Source of the DNA: an uncultured Acidimicrobiales bacterium
Lineage (GTDB): Bacteria; Actinomycetota; Acidimicrobiia; Acidimicrobiales; SZUA-35
Length of the DNA stretch: 64,000 nucleotides
Direction: 5' to 3'
NCBI GenBank assembly: GCA_963803845.1
Contig: CAWDNZ010000004.1
Span: forward strand, 349,309-413,308
Below the pieces are notes generated by a model. The model saw only the letters and a program-made list of their open reading frames with translations, was not told where the DNA came from and ran no database searches. Within the stretch, counting starts at the first letter, position 1; each line of letters opens with the position of its first letter. A program made the translations under genes and the position numbers. Positions 42,897 to 53,085 of this stretch are shown piece by piece.

Positions 42897-45329
42897 CTAG
42901 CCAATCACGACGGTACGGAGCCCGGACCGGTACGACTGGTTGCCAGCAGCGTCGAAGGCCTTGACAAACAGCTGATAGGTGCCGGTCGCCAGTCCGGTCA
43001 CTGTTCCCGAAGGTCCGGGGACCTCGATCAGGATCTCGCCGGTGGCGTAGTCGAAGATCCGATAGCCCGCAACACCCACATCGTCTGTGGCCGCAGTCCA
43101 CGCCAAATCAACCGAATCCACACCAACACCCAGCACCTGCGCCGCACCCGGCACCGACGGCCGCACAACATCGACCACAGCACCAGTCACCGTAAAGGAC
43201 CGAATACCCGACCGATACGACTCATTCCCCGCCGCATCAAACGCCTTCACATACACCGAATACGAACCAGCAGCCAACCCCGACAAACTCACACCAGGAC
43301 TCCCAACCTCAACAATCACCGCACCCGTCACCGCATCAAACAAGCGATACCCCGCAACACCCACATCGTCTGTGGCCGCAGTCCACGCCAAATCAACCGA
43401 ATCCACACCAACACCCAGCACCTGCGCCGCACCCGGCACCGACGGCCGCACAACATCGACCACAGCACCAGTCACCGTAAAGGACCGAATACCCGACCGA
43501 TACGACTCATTCCCCGCCGCATCAAACGCCTTCACATACACCGAATACGAACCAGCAGCCAACCCCGACAAACTCACACCAGGACTCCCAACCTCAACAA
43601 TCACCGCACCCGTCACCGCATCAAACAAGCGATACCCCGCAACACCCACATCGTCTGTGGCCGCAGTCCACGCCAAATCAACCGAATCCACACCAACACC
43701 CAGCACCTGCGCCGCACCCGGCACCGACGGCCGCACAACATCGACCACAGCACCAGTCACCGTAAAGGACCGAATACCCGACCGATACGACTCATTCCCC
43801 GCCGCATCAAACGCCTTCACATACACCGAATACGAACCAGCAGCCAACCCCGACAAACTCACACCAGGACTCCCAACCTCAACAATCACCGCACCCGTCA
43901 CCGCATCAAACAAGCGATACCCCGCAACACCCACATCGTCTGTGGCCGCAGTCCACGCCAAATCAACCGAATCCACACCAACACCCAGCACCTGCGCCGC
44001 ACCCGGCACCGACGGCCGCACAACATCGACCGTTCCGGCCTCGCAGAGCCTGATCAGGTTGTCAACGCCGGCACCGCTGGAACTGGTGATGTCGCCACCC
44101 AACCAAACGCAGCCGTTCTGGTCACCGTGGATGGCCCAGATACCACTCATCGATGACGTCGCATCGGGAACGAAGGTGGGGATCCAGTCACCGGTGATTG
44201 CATCGAATGCCGCCACCCAGGTGGTGGGCCCTTGGGCCAGAATTGGAGCGTTCGTCTCGCCGGCGGGTGGCGAGGGGAACCAGATCACACCCTCGGCGGA
44301 TTTCATGATTGCATCCGCTCGACAATGACAAGATGCATACACCCGATCACCGACGATTTCGAGATCTTGATAGTCGCCGCGAGGATCGGCCACATGGAAA
44401 CGCTCCAGCGACAGATCGCTTTCATTCAACACCTGAACGAAGTGCTCACTACCTGCCACCCAAACAAACCCGTTGCCAACAACGACGTCATAGAGGTAGC
44501 GGCGGTTGAGGTTGGCGGTGTTGAACGGTAAGGAGGGGGCGCCGGCCACCAAGGACGGGGTGGAAGCATAGAGGGGAGCAAATCCGCCGGCGACGGCACT
44601 GCCGTTCACCGTCGTGAAGTAGCCGGCGAGGTAGACGCGATCCGCATCAGGGCTGGCGGCTATTCCCCACACCGATCCGCCGGTCACCACAGGACGCCAA
44701 GATGGGTCGTGGGCGCCGGTGTTCACGTTGAAGCGAAGGGCTCGCCACGCCGCATTGTTACCGGCGCTTGAAATTACGCTGGTGAAGCTTCCGCCAACGT
44801 AGAGCCAGTCGCCTTCAACATCGAATCCGCGGACCACCGGGGCTCCGTTCACGTCACCGGTCCAGGAACTGTCCACGGCACCGGTTACCGGATCGAGGGC
44901 GACCAATGCGTCGATTGGGGACCCGTTGACCGTGTCGAAATCTCCACCCACAAAGAGCTTGCTCCCGTCGGGTGACGCTTGGAGGGTGTAGACCGAATTG
45001 TCCAGAATCGGCGCGAAGCTGGGAATGAATTGTCCAGTAATGGAGTCGAATGCGGCCAGATACGGCTGGTTCACCACGGTGTTTCCGGCCGTGACCTGAA
45101 GAAAGCGGCCGCCAACGTACACCCTGCTCCCGATCTGCTCGATCGCCCAGACCTTGGTGGCTATCGAGTCGGTCTGCGTGCCGGTGGCGAGGCCCACCAC
45201 GCCGTCGGGGATGTTGTTGTTGTTCCCGATCTCTGCCACAACCGGATTCATGCCGGCCATTACGGAACCGAACACGAGAAGAAAAGAAAGAAAGACCCGC
45301 GGACGGGTAGTGAAGATCGCCATTGCCAC
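42897..45329 (-). CDS. Secreted beta-propeller protein with four fibronectin type III domains
   Basis: Signal peptide; repeated YVGG.F...AFD..TG blades; four copies of PS.PG...LAWTAATDDVGVAGY...VKAFDAAGN.S. Confidence 0.88.
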   Translation of the reverse strand: MAMAIFTTRPRVFLSFLLVFGSVMAGMNPVVAEIGNNNNIPDGVVGLATGTQTDSIATKVWAIEQIGSRVYVGGRFLQVTAGNTVVNQPYLAAFDSITGQFIPSFAPILDNSVYTLQASPDGSKLFVGGDFDTVNGSPIDALVALDPVTGAVDSSWTGDVNGAPVVRGFDVEGDWLYVGGSFTSVISSAGNNAAWRALRFNVNTGAHDPSWRPVVTGGSVWGIAASPDADRVYLAGYFTTVNGSAVAGGFAPLYASTPSLVAGAPSLPFNTANLNRRYLYDVVVGNGFVWVAGSEHFVQVLNESDLSLERFHVADPRGDYQDLEIVGDRVYASCHCRADAIMKSAEGVIWFPSPPAGETNAPILAQGPTTWVAAFDAITGDWIPTFVPDATSSMSGIWAIHGDQNGCVWLGGDITSSSGAGVDNLIRLCEAGTVDVVRPSVPGAAQVLGVGVDSVDLAWTAATDDVGVAGYRLFDAVTGAVIVEVGSPGVSLSGLAAGSYSVYVKAFDAAGNESYRSGIRSFTVTGAVVDVVRPSVPGAAQVLGVGVDSVDLAWTAATDDVGVAGYRLFDAVTGAVIVEVGSPGVSLSGLAAGSYSVYVKAFDAAGNESYRSGIRSFTVTGAVVDVVRPSVPGAAQVLGVGVDSVDLAWTAATDDVGVAGYRLFDAVTGAVIVEVGSPGVSLSGLAAGSYSVYVKAFDAAGNESYRSGIRSFTVTGAVVDVVRPSVPGAAQVLGVGVDSVDLAWTAATDDVGVAGYRIFDYATGEILIEVPGPSGTVTGLATGTYQLFVKAFDAAGNQSYRSGLRTVVIG
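43066..44031. repeat. Identical 285-bp tandem repeats (about 3.4 copies) encoding FN3 domains
   Basis: TCGTCTGTGGCCGCA occurs at 43081, 43366, 43651 and 43936; the units appear identical. Confidence 0.97.
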
Positions 45330-45498
45330 TCCTAAGTAATACGCCTGGGCATCAGATTAGGTGCTTGGGCGGGCCCCAGAACATGCCCGAAGGGCCCAAT
45401 GGCGGGAGGTAGTTCAACCCGAAGATTTGGCCTTCCGAGGCCCTGCCAGCCAGAGCACGATGGCATGACGGGACCACAAAGATGGCTAACGTGGGCAT

Positions 45499-46710
45499 GT
45501 GTCAGCCGCGGCCACCCATCCCGAAATCCTGCTGATCGACTACGGCGGGCACCCATTCACCGCCGATCTGGCCATCTCGCTGAAGCGTTCGGGAGCGGAA
45601 GTCGACTACGTGTTCAGCTCGTCGAATGAGTCCAATCCGCACGGCGACTTCTCCGATGCCAAAAACGAGGGTGTGATCGTGCACGACATCGATCTCGGCC
45701 GCCCGGTGAACTCGTCCCGACTCCGAAGCCGCTTCCGTGACGAGCAACAATTCGGCTGGGCGGCCGCCAAACTCGTTCGGCTCGCCCCCTCGTCCGCCAC
45801 GGTGGTGCTCTGTCAGGTTCCACCGGCGGCGGCAGTCCTCATTCAAGGGGGCGCCAAGACCCGGCGGCAGAACGTGGTCCTCTGGCTGCAACAACTCCAA
45901 TCCGACCTTTCGGTTTCCTCCACCGGCCGAGCGCTGCCGGGCAAGATGTTCTCCGCACTGGAACGACGGATCGCTGCTTCGGCGGATCGGGTGATCGCTA
46001 TCTCCGACGGCTTCGCCGAGTTCGCCATCAGCGCCCGACGGGGCCGCGCCGACGAAGTCACCGTGCTACCAAACTGGGCTCCGCTGCGGTACCTCCCGAG
46101 CCGGCATCGCATCAACCAATGGTCCACCAACCACCAGTTGGTGCCCGAGCGTCATCGGGTTCTCTACAGCGGCCGGATGGGGCTGGAACACCGGCCAGAC
46201 GAAATCGCCGCACTGGCGCTCACGCTCACAGCCAACGGCGATATCGACATGGTCATCGTGGCAGCCGGGCCCGGCGTCGATGCATTGCGACGACGCCCTG
46301 AGCTGGCATCACATCCAAATATCCATTTCTGTGAGCTTCAGCCATTGGGCGATCTGGCCAACGTGCTCGCCAGCGCCGACGTGCTGCTAGGGACCCTGGA
46401 CGATCGAGCGTCCGAAGCGCTGGTCCCTTCCAAGATTCTCTCCTACCTGTGCGCCGCCCGGCCCGTTGTCGCCTTGATGAAGAAGTCCAATCCGTCCGCC
46501 GTTTTGGTGGAGGAGATCGGCGCCGGGGTGGCGGTGTCCGATATCCACGCCGCCGTCGACACGATCCGTGAGCTTCTGGCGGACCCCGAGCGACGCCGCC
46601 GGATGGGGAATCTCGGGCGAGCGTACGCATCAACTACGTTTGAGCCCAACCGGGTGGCCAAGAGTTTTGCGCTTGCGGCGGGCGTGGATCTCCCCGGGAA
46701 TCAGATTTGA
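45499..46710 (+). CDS. Glycosyltransferase family 4 (WcaI-like)
   Basis: PNWAP, LYSGRMG, VPSKILSYLCAARPV. Confidence 0.85.
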   Translation: MSAAATHPEILLIDYGGHPFTADLAISLKRSGAEVDYVFSSSNESNPHGDFSDAKNEGVIVHDIDLGRPVNSSRLRSRFRDEQQFGWAAAKLVRLAPSSATVVLCQVPPAAAVLIQGGAKTRRQNVVLWLQQLQSDLSVSSTGRALPGKMFSALERRIAASADRVIAISDGFAEFAISARRGRADEVTVLPNWAPLRYLPSRHRINQWSTNHQLVPERHRVLYSGRMGLEHRPDEIAALALTLTANGDIDMVIVAAGPGVDALRRRPELASHPNIHFCELQPLGDLANVLASADVLLGTLDDRASEALVPSKILSYLCAARPVVALMKKSNPSAVLVEEIGAGVAVSDIHAAVDTIRELLADPERRRRMGNLGRAYASTTFEPNRVAKSFALAAGVDLPGNQI

Positions 46711-46786
46711 ACCGTCCCATATACACCGGCAACCAGCGAAGGTGAAGTAGTTTCTCAGTGCGGCCGGAGAAGCTTGTGAGGTGCCC

Positions 46787-47956
46787 ATGAAATCGGCGAA
46801 AACACAATCAGTGTCCTCATCTCGAATCGTTGCGCTGACCCTGTTGGCCGTTCTGGCGATTCTCGCCGCTGGGTGTGCGGGCGAGACGATCGGGGCGGGC
46901 CCAAACGGGGCCTTAGCCGTGCAAGGAGCTGTAACCGAAATCGGAACCGTTGACGACGAACCCCTGGCCTTTGATGATGAGGCCCCGGATGAAGGTGCAA
47001 CGGAGTCCAGCCCGGTGGCATCGGGCGATGTTCACATGGCCCGAGCAAATTGGCCATCGGGATTCATGCAGGCCGAGATCTACGCCCAGCTACTCACCGA
47101 ACTGGGCTACACGGTCGATCGAGGGCCCGCGCTAAAGCCGGAAGAGTTTTTCCCCCGTCTCGCCGAAGGCGAGTTTGATTTCTGGGCCAATAGCTGGCCG
47201 ATCAGCCACCAACGCTTTTTCGACACCTCTATGGCCGACGGCAGCAGGGCTGGCGACAAGATGCGCTTCATCGGCTCCGAGATGCTCTTGGGAGGCCTTC
47301 AGGGGTTCGTTGTAGACATCCCTACCGCCACCTCAGCCAACATCGTGACCCTCGATGACATCGCCAACAATCCCGAGCTCCGCTCTCTCTTCGACACCGA
47401 TGGGGACGGTCGGGCCGAGATCGCCGGCTGCGACGTCGGCTGGGGCTGTGAAAAAGTCATCGACACGCTGATCGTGGAAAATGGCTGGGAGGATGCCCTG
47501 GTGCAGGTGAAAGGGACACACGGGGAGCTCTTCGCAGAACAGGTGGCTCGTTTCGAAGCCGGGGAACCGGTCTTGGCATACATCTGGACGCCTGGCGCCT
47601 TCATCACCCAGCTCCAGCCCGGGATTGACGTCATTTGGCTCGGCGTCGAAAACCCTGATCCGGCCCAGTCCATACCGGCCCGGCTGCCCCCGGATCAGTG
47701 CCTACTGGAGCCCTGCACCATGGGATTCAGCCCGTCCGACATCCTGGTTGCCGCCAACAACGATTTCCTCGAGGCCCAGCCCGTGGCGAAGCGCTTGTTC
47801 GAACAGGTGAAGATCAGCGTTCTCGACGTTTCTTTCCAGACCGTAAAAATGCTGGCGGGTGAAGACAGCCCAGAGGACGTGGCTCGACACGCCCAAGAGT
47901 GGATTACTGCAAACCGCAGCGATGTCGACCGCTGGTTGGACATCGCCGCCGGCTGA
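46787..47956 (+). CDS. ProX-like glycine betaine/proline ABC substrate-binding lipoprotein
   Basis: Lipobox LAAGC; ANWPSG, LFDTDGDGRAEIAGCDVGWGC, YIWTP. Confidence 0.85.
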   Translation: MKSAKTQSVSSSRIVALTLLAVLAILAAGCAGETIGAGPNGALAVQGAVTEIGTVDDEPLAFDDEAPDEGATESSPVASGDVHMARANWPSGFMQAEIYAQLLTELGYTVDRGPALKPEEFFPRLAEGEFDFWANSWPISHQRFFDTSMADGSRAGDKMRFIGSEMLLGGLQGFVVDIPTATSANIVTLDDIANNPELRSLFDTDGDGRAEIAGCDVGWGCEKVIDTLIVENGWEDALVQVKGTHGELFAEQVARFEAGEPVLAYIWTPGAFITQLQPGIDVIWLGVENPDPAQSIPARLPPDQCLLEPCTMGFSPSDILVAANNDFLEAQPVAKRLFEQVKISVLDVSFQTVKMLAGEDSPEDVARHAQEWITANRSDVDRWLDIAAG

Positions 47957-48142
47957 GACGGCTCCCAAGCAACGCCAGCCCAGCTCAGGACTCCCAACTG
48001 GGCAGGTAGCGGCCGCTCGTGTGACCCCTCACCGGTGTGACTCACGCAACAGGGCGACATCGGCGCCCCAGGGTTACCCACAACTACCCTGTCAGAGCGC
48101 CTATTCAGTATCGGCGACCACTGCCGATCAACAAGGGTGTCA

Positions 48143-49681
48143 ATGACCGCAACAACCACGTTCCCTACGCGCGACAAGTTCGCCCGTTACAAGTCCGAGT
48201 GGATCCAAGACCCCAAAGCCGACCTTCTGTCCGGCATGGTTGTGGCGTTGGCCTTGATCCCTGAGGCGATCTCGTTCTCGATCATCGCCGGGCTCGATCC
48301 CAAGGTCGGGCTGTACGCGTCGTTCTCGATCGCGATCATCATCGCATTCACCGGTTCCCGCCTGGGCATGATCTCCGCGGCCACTGGGGCCATGGCTCTC
48401 GTGCTGATCCCTCTGGTCAAGATGTTTCCCGATCCGGAGGAAGCGCTGGCCTACGTACTGGCCGCAACCGTCCTCGCTGGTGTCATCCAGGTGGGCTTGG
48501 GTTACCTGGGTGTTGGCTCGCTCATGCGTTTCATACCCCGCACCGTGATGTTGGGCTTCGTGAACGCTCTGGCCCTGCTCATCTTCATCGCCCAGATCCC
48601 CCACATCCTGCTCAACGAGGGCGGCTCCACCGACGCCCGTTTCCAACTCAACCTTCTCTTCATCGCCGCCGGGCTGGGGATCATCTACGGGCTGCCCCGC
48701 ATCACCAAGGCCATCCCGTCGCCCTTGGTGGCCATCGTCCTGCTTTCAGGCATCGCCATTCGATTCAACCTGGAGCTACCCACCGTGGGCGAGATGGGCT
48801 CCCTGCCAGGGTCACTTCCGCTGCCCACGCTGCCCGATGTCCCCTTCGCCGTTGCCACACTGCTCTTGGTGCTGCCGTTCTCCATAACGCTCGCGCTGGT
48901 GGGGCTTCTGGAGTCACTGCTCACCGCCCAACTGTTGGACGACATGACCGACTCGGACTCGGACAAGAACCGCGAGTCGCGGGGCCAAGGTATCGCCAAC
49001 GTGCTCACCGGCTTCTTTGGCGGTATGGCCGGCTGCGCCATGATCGGCCAATCCATGATCAACCACCGCTCCGGCGGTCGCACCCGCCTCTCCACCCTGG
49101 CCTCGGGCATCTTCCTATTGGGACTCATCCTGGGACTCGGTGATCTGGTGGCCCAGATCCCCATGGCTGCCCTGGTTGCCGTCATGATCATGGTCGCTGT
49201 AAGCACCTTCAACTGGGCCAGCGTCAAGCCAATCACCCTTAAGACAATGCCCCGGCCCGAGACCGCAGTGATGGTCTCCACCGTGGCCATTGTGGTGGTG
49301 ACCCACAACCTGGCCTACGGCGTGATTGCCGGTGTTGCGCTCTCGGCGGTCTTCTTCGTTCGGCAGGCCACCCACATCGTGCGGGTTACCAGCGTGGTGG
49401 ATCCCGACAATGTGGAGCGCCTCTATGCGGTGAGCGGGGAACTGTTCTTCGCTTCCACCAACGAACTGATCCACTCATTCGACTATGACTCGGTACGGGT
49501 TAACCGGGTGGAAATCGACCTCAGTGAAGCCCGGATCTGGGACACGTCGGCCGTGGTAGCCCTGGACACCGTCGTGGCCAAGTTCGCCCAGAGGGGAATT
49601 TCCGCCGAACTGGTGGGCCTCAACCGGCATGCCGAGCTCCTGCACAGCGAGACCAGCGGCAAGGTCAACGTCGATCATTAG
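48143..49681 (+). CDS. SulP-family anion transporter with STAS domain
   Basis: [40 protein letters not shown]. Confidence 0.95.
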   Translation: MTATTTFPTRDKFARYKSEWIQDPKADLLSGMVVALALIPEAISFSIIAGLDPKVGLYASFSIAIIIAFTGSRLGMISAATGAMALVLIPLVKMFPDPEEALAYVLAATVLAGVIQVGLGYLGVGSLMRFIPRTVMLGFVNALALLIFIAQIPHILLNEGGSTDARFQLNLLFIAAGLGIIYGLPRITKAIPSPLVAIVLLSGIAIRFNLELPTVGEMGSLPGSLPLPTLPDVPFAVATLLLVLPFSITLALVGLLESLLTAQLLDDMTDSDSDKNRESRGQGIANVLTGFFGGMAGCAMIGQSMINHRSGGRTRLSTLASGIFLLGLILGLGDLVAQIPMAALVAVMIMVAVSTFNWASVKPITLKTMPRPETAVMVSTVAIVVVTHNLAYGVIAGVALSAVFFVRQATHIVRVTSVVDPDNVERLYAVSGELFFASTNELIHSFDYDSVRVNRVEIDLSEARIWDTSAVVALDTVVAKFAQRGISAELVGLNRHAELLHSETSGKVNVDH

Positions 49682-49756
49682 CCGACACCGCCAAAAAGCC
49701 AGCCAGCGCGCCGCTGAGAAGCTCTGACCAGCGCTCATCGTGCGTAAGCTGGAGCG

Positions 49757-51118
49757 GTGAGTTCACAAGGGGTGGCCCCCTTCCACATCGAAGGTGTTGA
49801 GGCCGACCCCACCACCGGGGTGGTTGCTCTCCGCTACTCCTTCGAGGAGACGGCGGCGTCTCACCAGCCCAACCACTTCACCGAACGTATCCAACTCCCA
49901 CCCCGCCCGGCCGGCACCGGCGATTCCGCCGGGTTCGATGCCGCCGCCCGGGTCCTCCTGCTCATTGCCGGGGTTTCGTACTACAAGTCGCAGGCGCCTA
50001 CCACGATCGTGGTGGAGGTCGCCACCACTATGGCAGAACGCGCCCTGACCGAAGCGGTCTATGACCACGGCCTTCGGGAGTTCGCCTATACCAACGATCT
50101 CCCAATCCCGCTGCAGACCCAGTTCGAATGGGCAGGCGGTCTCCGCCAGGCTGTCTCACCGCCCACGAGCATGAACGGAATCGGGCGCCCGCTTGTCCCC
50201 TTTGGCGGTGGCAAGGACTCCACAGTTGTTCTCAGCCTGCTGCCCGAGGCAACGCCTGTCACGATCAACGGGACCAGTACCCACGCCAGCGTGGCCAGAG
50301 TCCTGGGCCACGAGTTGCTCTCGGTGACCCGAAAACTCGACCGCTTGGACGAACTCACCAACCCGGATCGGTTCAACGGCCACATCCCGATCACGGCGAT
50401 CGTTTCGAGCATCGCCGTGCTGCTAGCTGCGGCGGAAGGGTACACATCGGTGGTCATGGCCAACGAGGCGGCAGCTAGTGAGCCGACGCTGTGGAATGGG
50501 GCGGAGCCGGTGAATCATCAGTGGTCGAAAGGCGCTGATTTCGAAGCTCTCTTCGTCGCCGCTCTGGCCGCGAGCGGGATCGAGGTTCGATATTTCTCGT
50601 TGCTGCGCCAGATCAGCGAACCTGAGATTATTGCGCTCCTCGCTCGCCAGACCGAGGCACTCCCCCACCTCATCAGCTGCAACCGAGCGTTCTCGGGCCG
50701 GACCGTCGGCGGTGAGAACGAAGCACCCCAGCGATGGTGTGGTGAGTGCCCAAAGTGCCTCTTCACCTACCTTCTGCTTGCCACCGAACTGACTCCCGAT
50801 GTGCTGATCCCAATTTTCGGGTCCGACCTTCTGAACCGGGCGGAGCTCGTGCCCGGTTTCGCCGAGCTGTGGTCGACGCAGAAACCGTTCGAATGCGTCG
50901 GCGAGCGAACCGATGCGGCGTCGGCGCTCTCGACGCTGGCCAAAGACTCCTACTGGTCCGATCGCTCGGTCGTTCAGGAATTGGCCTCCGCTGCACAGCA
51001 TGCGCTCTCCGATCCCGACCCGAACCCGATACGGACATCGTCGATCCCTGCTCCCCCTCCGGTTCCAGCGGTGTTCGCAGAACGGTTGAACGCAGCGCTC
51101 GGAGCGCTCGCGGTATGA
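49757..51118 (+). CDS. murL: UDP-MurNAc-L-Ala-L-Glu epimerase (MurL-like)
   Basis: AGVSYYK, GLREFAY.N, LVPFGGGKDS, FNGHIPITAI, VNHQWSK, WCGECPKC, KPFECVGE; coupled to a MurD-like gene. Confidence 0.82.
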   Translation: MSSQGVAPFHIEGVEADPTTGVVALRYSFEETAASHQPNHFTERIQLPPRPAGTGDSAGFDAAARVLLLIAGVSYYKSQAPTTIVVEVATTMAERALTEAVYDHGLREFAYTNDLPIPLQTQFEWAGGLRQAVSPPTSMNGIGRPLVPFGGGKDSTVVLSLLPEATPVTINGTSTHASVARVLGHELLSVTRKLDRLDELTNPDRFNGHIPITAIVSSIAVLLAAAEGYTSVVMANEAAASEPTLWNGAEPVNHQWSKGADFEALFVAALAASGIEVRYFSLLRQISEPEIIALLARQTEALPHLISCNRAFSGRTVGGENEAPQRWCGECPKCLFTYLLLATELTPDVLIPIFGSDLLNRAELVPGFAELWSTQKPFECVGERTDAASALSTLAKDSYWSDRSVVQELASAAQHALSDPDPNPIRTSSIPAPPPVPAVFAERLNAALGALAV

Positions 51119-52428
51119 GCACTCGCGGCGGCCTGGCTCTGGCCGATCTCGAAGGGCAACCAGTTGACCTGGTCGGGCTGGGAACCGACATCTGTGCCCT
51201 GATTCCCCGGATTGCGAAACTGGCCGGCCCTCTGCGGGCGTGGGTGGACAACCCCGACAGCCTCAGTGCCGAAGAGGCCAGCGTCTGTGCCAAACACAAT
51301 GTGATCGTCGACGCCGTGAGCCGCTGGACCACCCCCGCCCCAGTCGCGGTGCGGGCACCGGGATTCCCCCGTTATCGGGACGACATCGCCGGCGTCCTCA
51401 ACAGTGTCAAGGTCACAACACCAGTGGATCTCTGGCTCAACACCTTCGGGGCGGACCACCCCACCGTTTTGGTCACCGGCACCAAGGGCAAGAGCACCGT
51501 CACCACCATGATCAAAGCGCTGCTGGGTCGGAGCGAGATGGCCGGAAACATCGGCGTACCGATCTGGTCGTTGCTAGCAATCAAGAAGGGACGGCCCGTG
51601 ATCTGCGAGGTCAGCAGCTACCAGGCCGCCGACATCGACGCGGTGGTGGATCTCGCCGTCCTCACCGGTCTCAGCGAAGATCACGTCAGCTGGCACGGCT
51701 CGGTGGAGCGTTACCACGCCGACAAACTCGGACCCGTCAATCAGGCCCAACGTGTACTCACCCACCCGGAGTGCGTGGGGGCCCTCTCCACCCGTGCGGG
51801 CGAGGTGCGAACCGTTCAACCGCTTCATACCGGCCAACTCACCATGCCGTCCCACATGGCGGCCAACGCCGAACTCGCAATCGCCGCCGCTCGCTGGATA
51901 AAGGAGATCTACCCGGGGGTGCAAATGTCCGCCGACCCGGTTGCCGTGCTCAACAAACTTCCCGCCCTCCCAGGTCGACTTCGACCGGTGATATCCGAGT
52001 ACGACGAACACCGCTGGTTCGATGACTCGCTGGCGTCCAATCCCAGCGGTGCAGCTGCGGCCGTTCGGGCATTCCTCGGGCAGCCGATCTATCTGATTGT
52101 GGGCGGGATCGACCGCAACGTCTCGTTGGATCCGCTGATCGCGGCAGTGAATGAAGCGATGGCTGCACACTCGGCCTTCTCCATCGCCACCCTCCCCGAC
52201 AACGGCATGATTATCGCCGAGCAACTCGTGCATGCGTGCGGAGACTTCGTGCAGATCATCGAGGCCAAGACAGTGGCCGAGGCAGTGGAGTCGGCTCGGA
52301 TCTTCTCCGATCAGTCCACTGTGGTCCTGTTCAGCCCGGCCGCTCCAACGCCCGCCCGTTTCGGCAACTGGGCCGACCGATCCGCCGAATTCGTAGCAGC
52401 CGTCAAGGGCGGAGCGCCCTTCAACTAG
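51115..52428 (+). CDS. murD2: MurD-type ligase, probably the L-Glu-adding MurD2
   Basis: ATGA overlap with murL; VTGTKGKSTVT, AGNIG, EVSSYQ, DHVSWHGS, DDSLASN, FSPAAP. Confidence 0.82.
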   Translation: MSTRGGLALADLEGQPVDLVGLGTDICALIPRIAKLAGPLRAWVDNPDSLSAEEASVCAKHNVIVDAVSRWTTPAPVAVRAPGFPRYRDDIAGVLNSVKVTTPVDLWLNTFGADHPTVLVTGTKGKSTVTTMIKALLGRSEMAGNIGVPIWSLLAIKKGRPVICEVSSYQAADIDAVVDLAVLTGLSEDHVSWHGSVERYHADKLGPVNQAQRVLTHPECVGALSTRAGEVRTVQPLHTGQLTMPSHMAANAELAIAAARWIKEIYPGVQMSADPVAVLNKLPALPGRLRPVISEYDEHRWFDDSLASNPSGAAAAVRAFLGQPIYLIVGGIDRNVSLDPLIAAVNEAMAAHSAFSIATLPDNGMIIAEQLVHACGDFVQIIEAKTVAEAVESARIFSDQSTVVLFSPAAPTPARFGNWADRSAEFVAAVKGGAPFN

Positions 52429-52434
52429 TGCCGA

Positions 52435-53076
52435 CTACGAGGCGGAGAAAGCACCAGCTCCCTGGTAGGAGTCCATGGCGTCGAGGACCTCGGGCAGCGA
52501 TCGACGGGCGCCGCTCTGAAGGTATTCCATGGCCCGCAGCGAATACTCGTGCGCATCCTGGCTGGACCCGGCAACACAGTCTTCGATAACTCGGCAGAAG
52601 TAGTCGGACTGATGTGCGTCCACAAACGTGTAATGGACGCACACATCGGTGAGCCCCCCGCACAACAGCAGCGTGTCGACCTTCAACGCTCTGAGCATGA
52701 TCTCCAAATCGGTCCCGAAGAAGGCGGAATACCGTCGCTTCTTAATCAGAATGTCGGTCTCCAGAAAACCGGTCTGTTTGGCTACCGCTGTGTTGGGGTT
52801 GGTCTCGATGCAGTGGACGTCTTCATCGCCATCAAGCTCTCGGCCGAAATCCAAGAGGTCGGGGCGGTGAACTTCCTGGATGAAGATGATCGGAATGTCT
52901 CGCTCGCGTGCCTTGTCCACTGCGATGCGGGCCTTCGCCATGCGCTCGGCGTAGTCGGACATATGGTCGATTGAGCGCACGTCCTGCTCAATGAACGCTG
53001 ATTCCAGAATGTCGATGACCACGAGTACAGGGTGACCCTCGATCAGTTCCCGTTGCAGTTTGTTGGGATTTGCCAT
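52435..53076 (-). CDS. Isochorismatase-family cysteine hydrolase
   Basis: LVVID, KRRYSAFFGTDL, GLTDVCV. Confidence 0.9.
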   Translation of the reverse strand: MANPNKLQRELIEGHPVLVVIDILESAFIEQDVRSIDHMSDYAERMAKARIAVDKARERDIPIIFIQEVHRPDLLDFGRELDGDEDVHCIETNPNTAVAKQTGFLETDILIKKRRYSAFFGTDLEIMLRALKVDTLLLCGGLTDVCVHYTFVDAHQSDYFCRVIEDCVAGSSQDAHEYSLRAMEYLQSGARRSLPEVLDAMDSYQGAGAFSAS

Positions 53077-53085
53077 GTCCTGATC

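Noticed and set aside
43087-44328. 413-aa Thr/Pro-rich ORF on the + strand
   Set aside because: It is the antisense shadow of the FN3 repeats; the C/A-rich strand simply lacks stop codons.
47957-48142. Riboswitch upstream of the SulP gene
   Set aside because: Some hairpins are present (e.g. ATCGGC-N7-GCCGAT near 48110), but no family consensus can be matched by eye; an Rfam search is needed.
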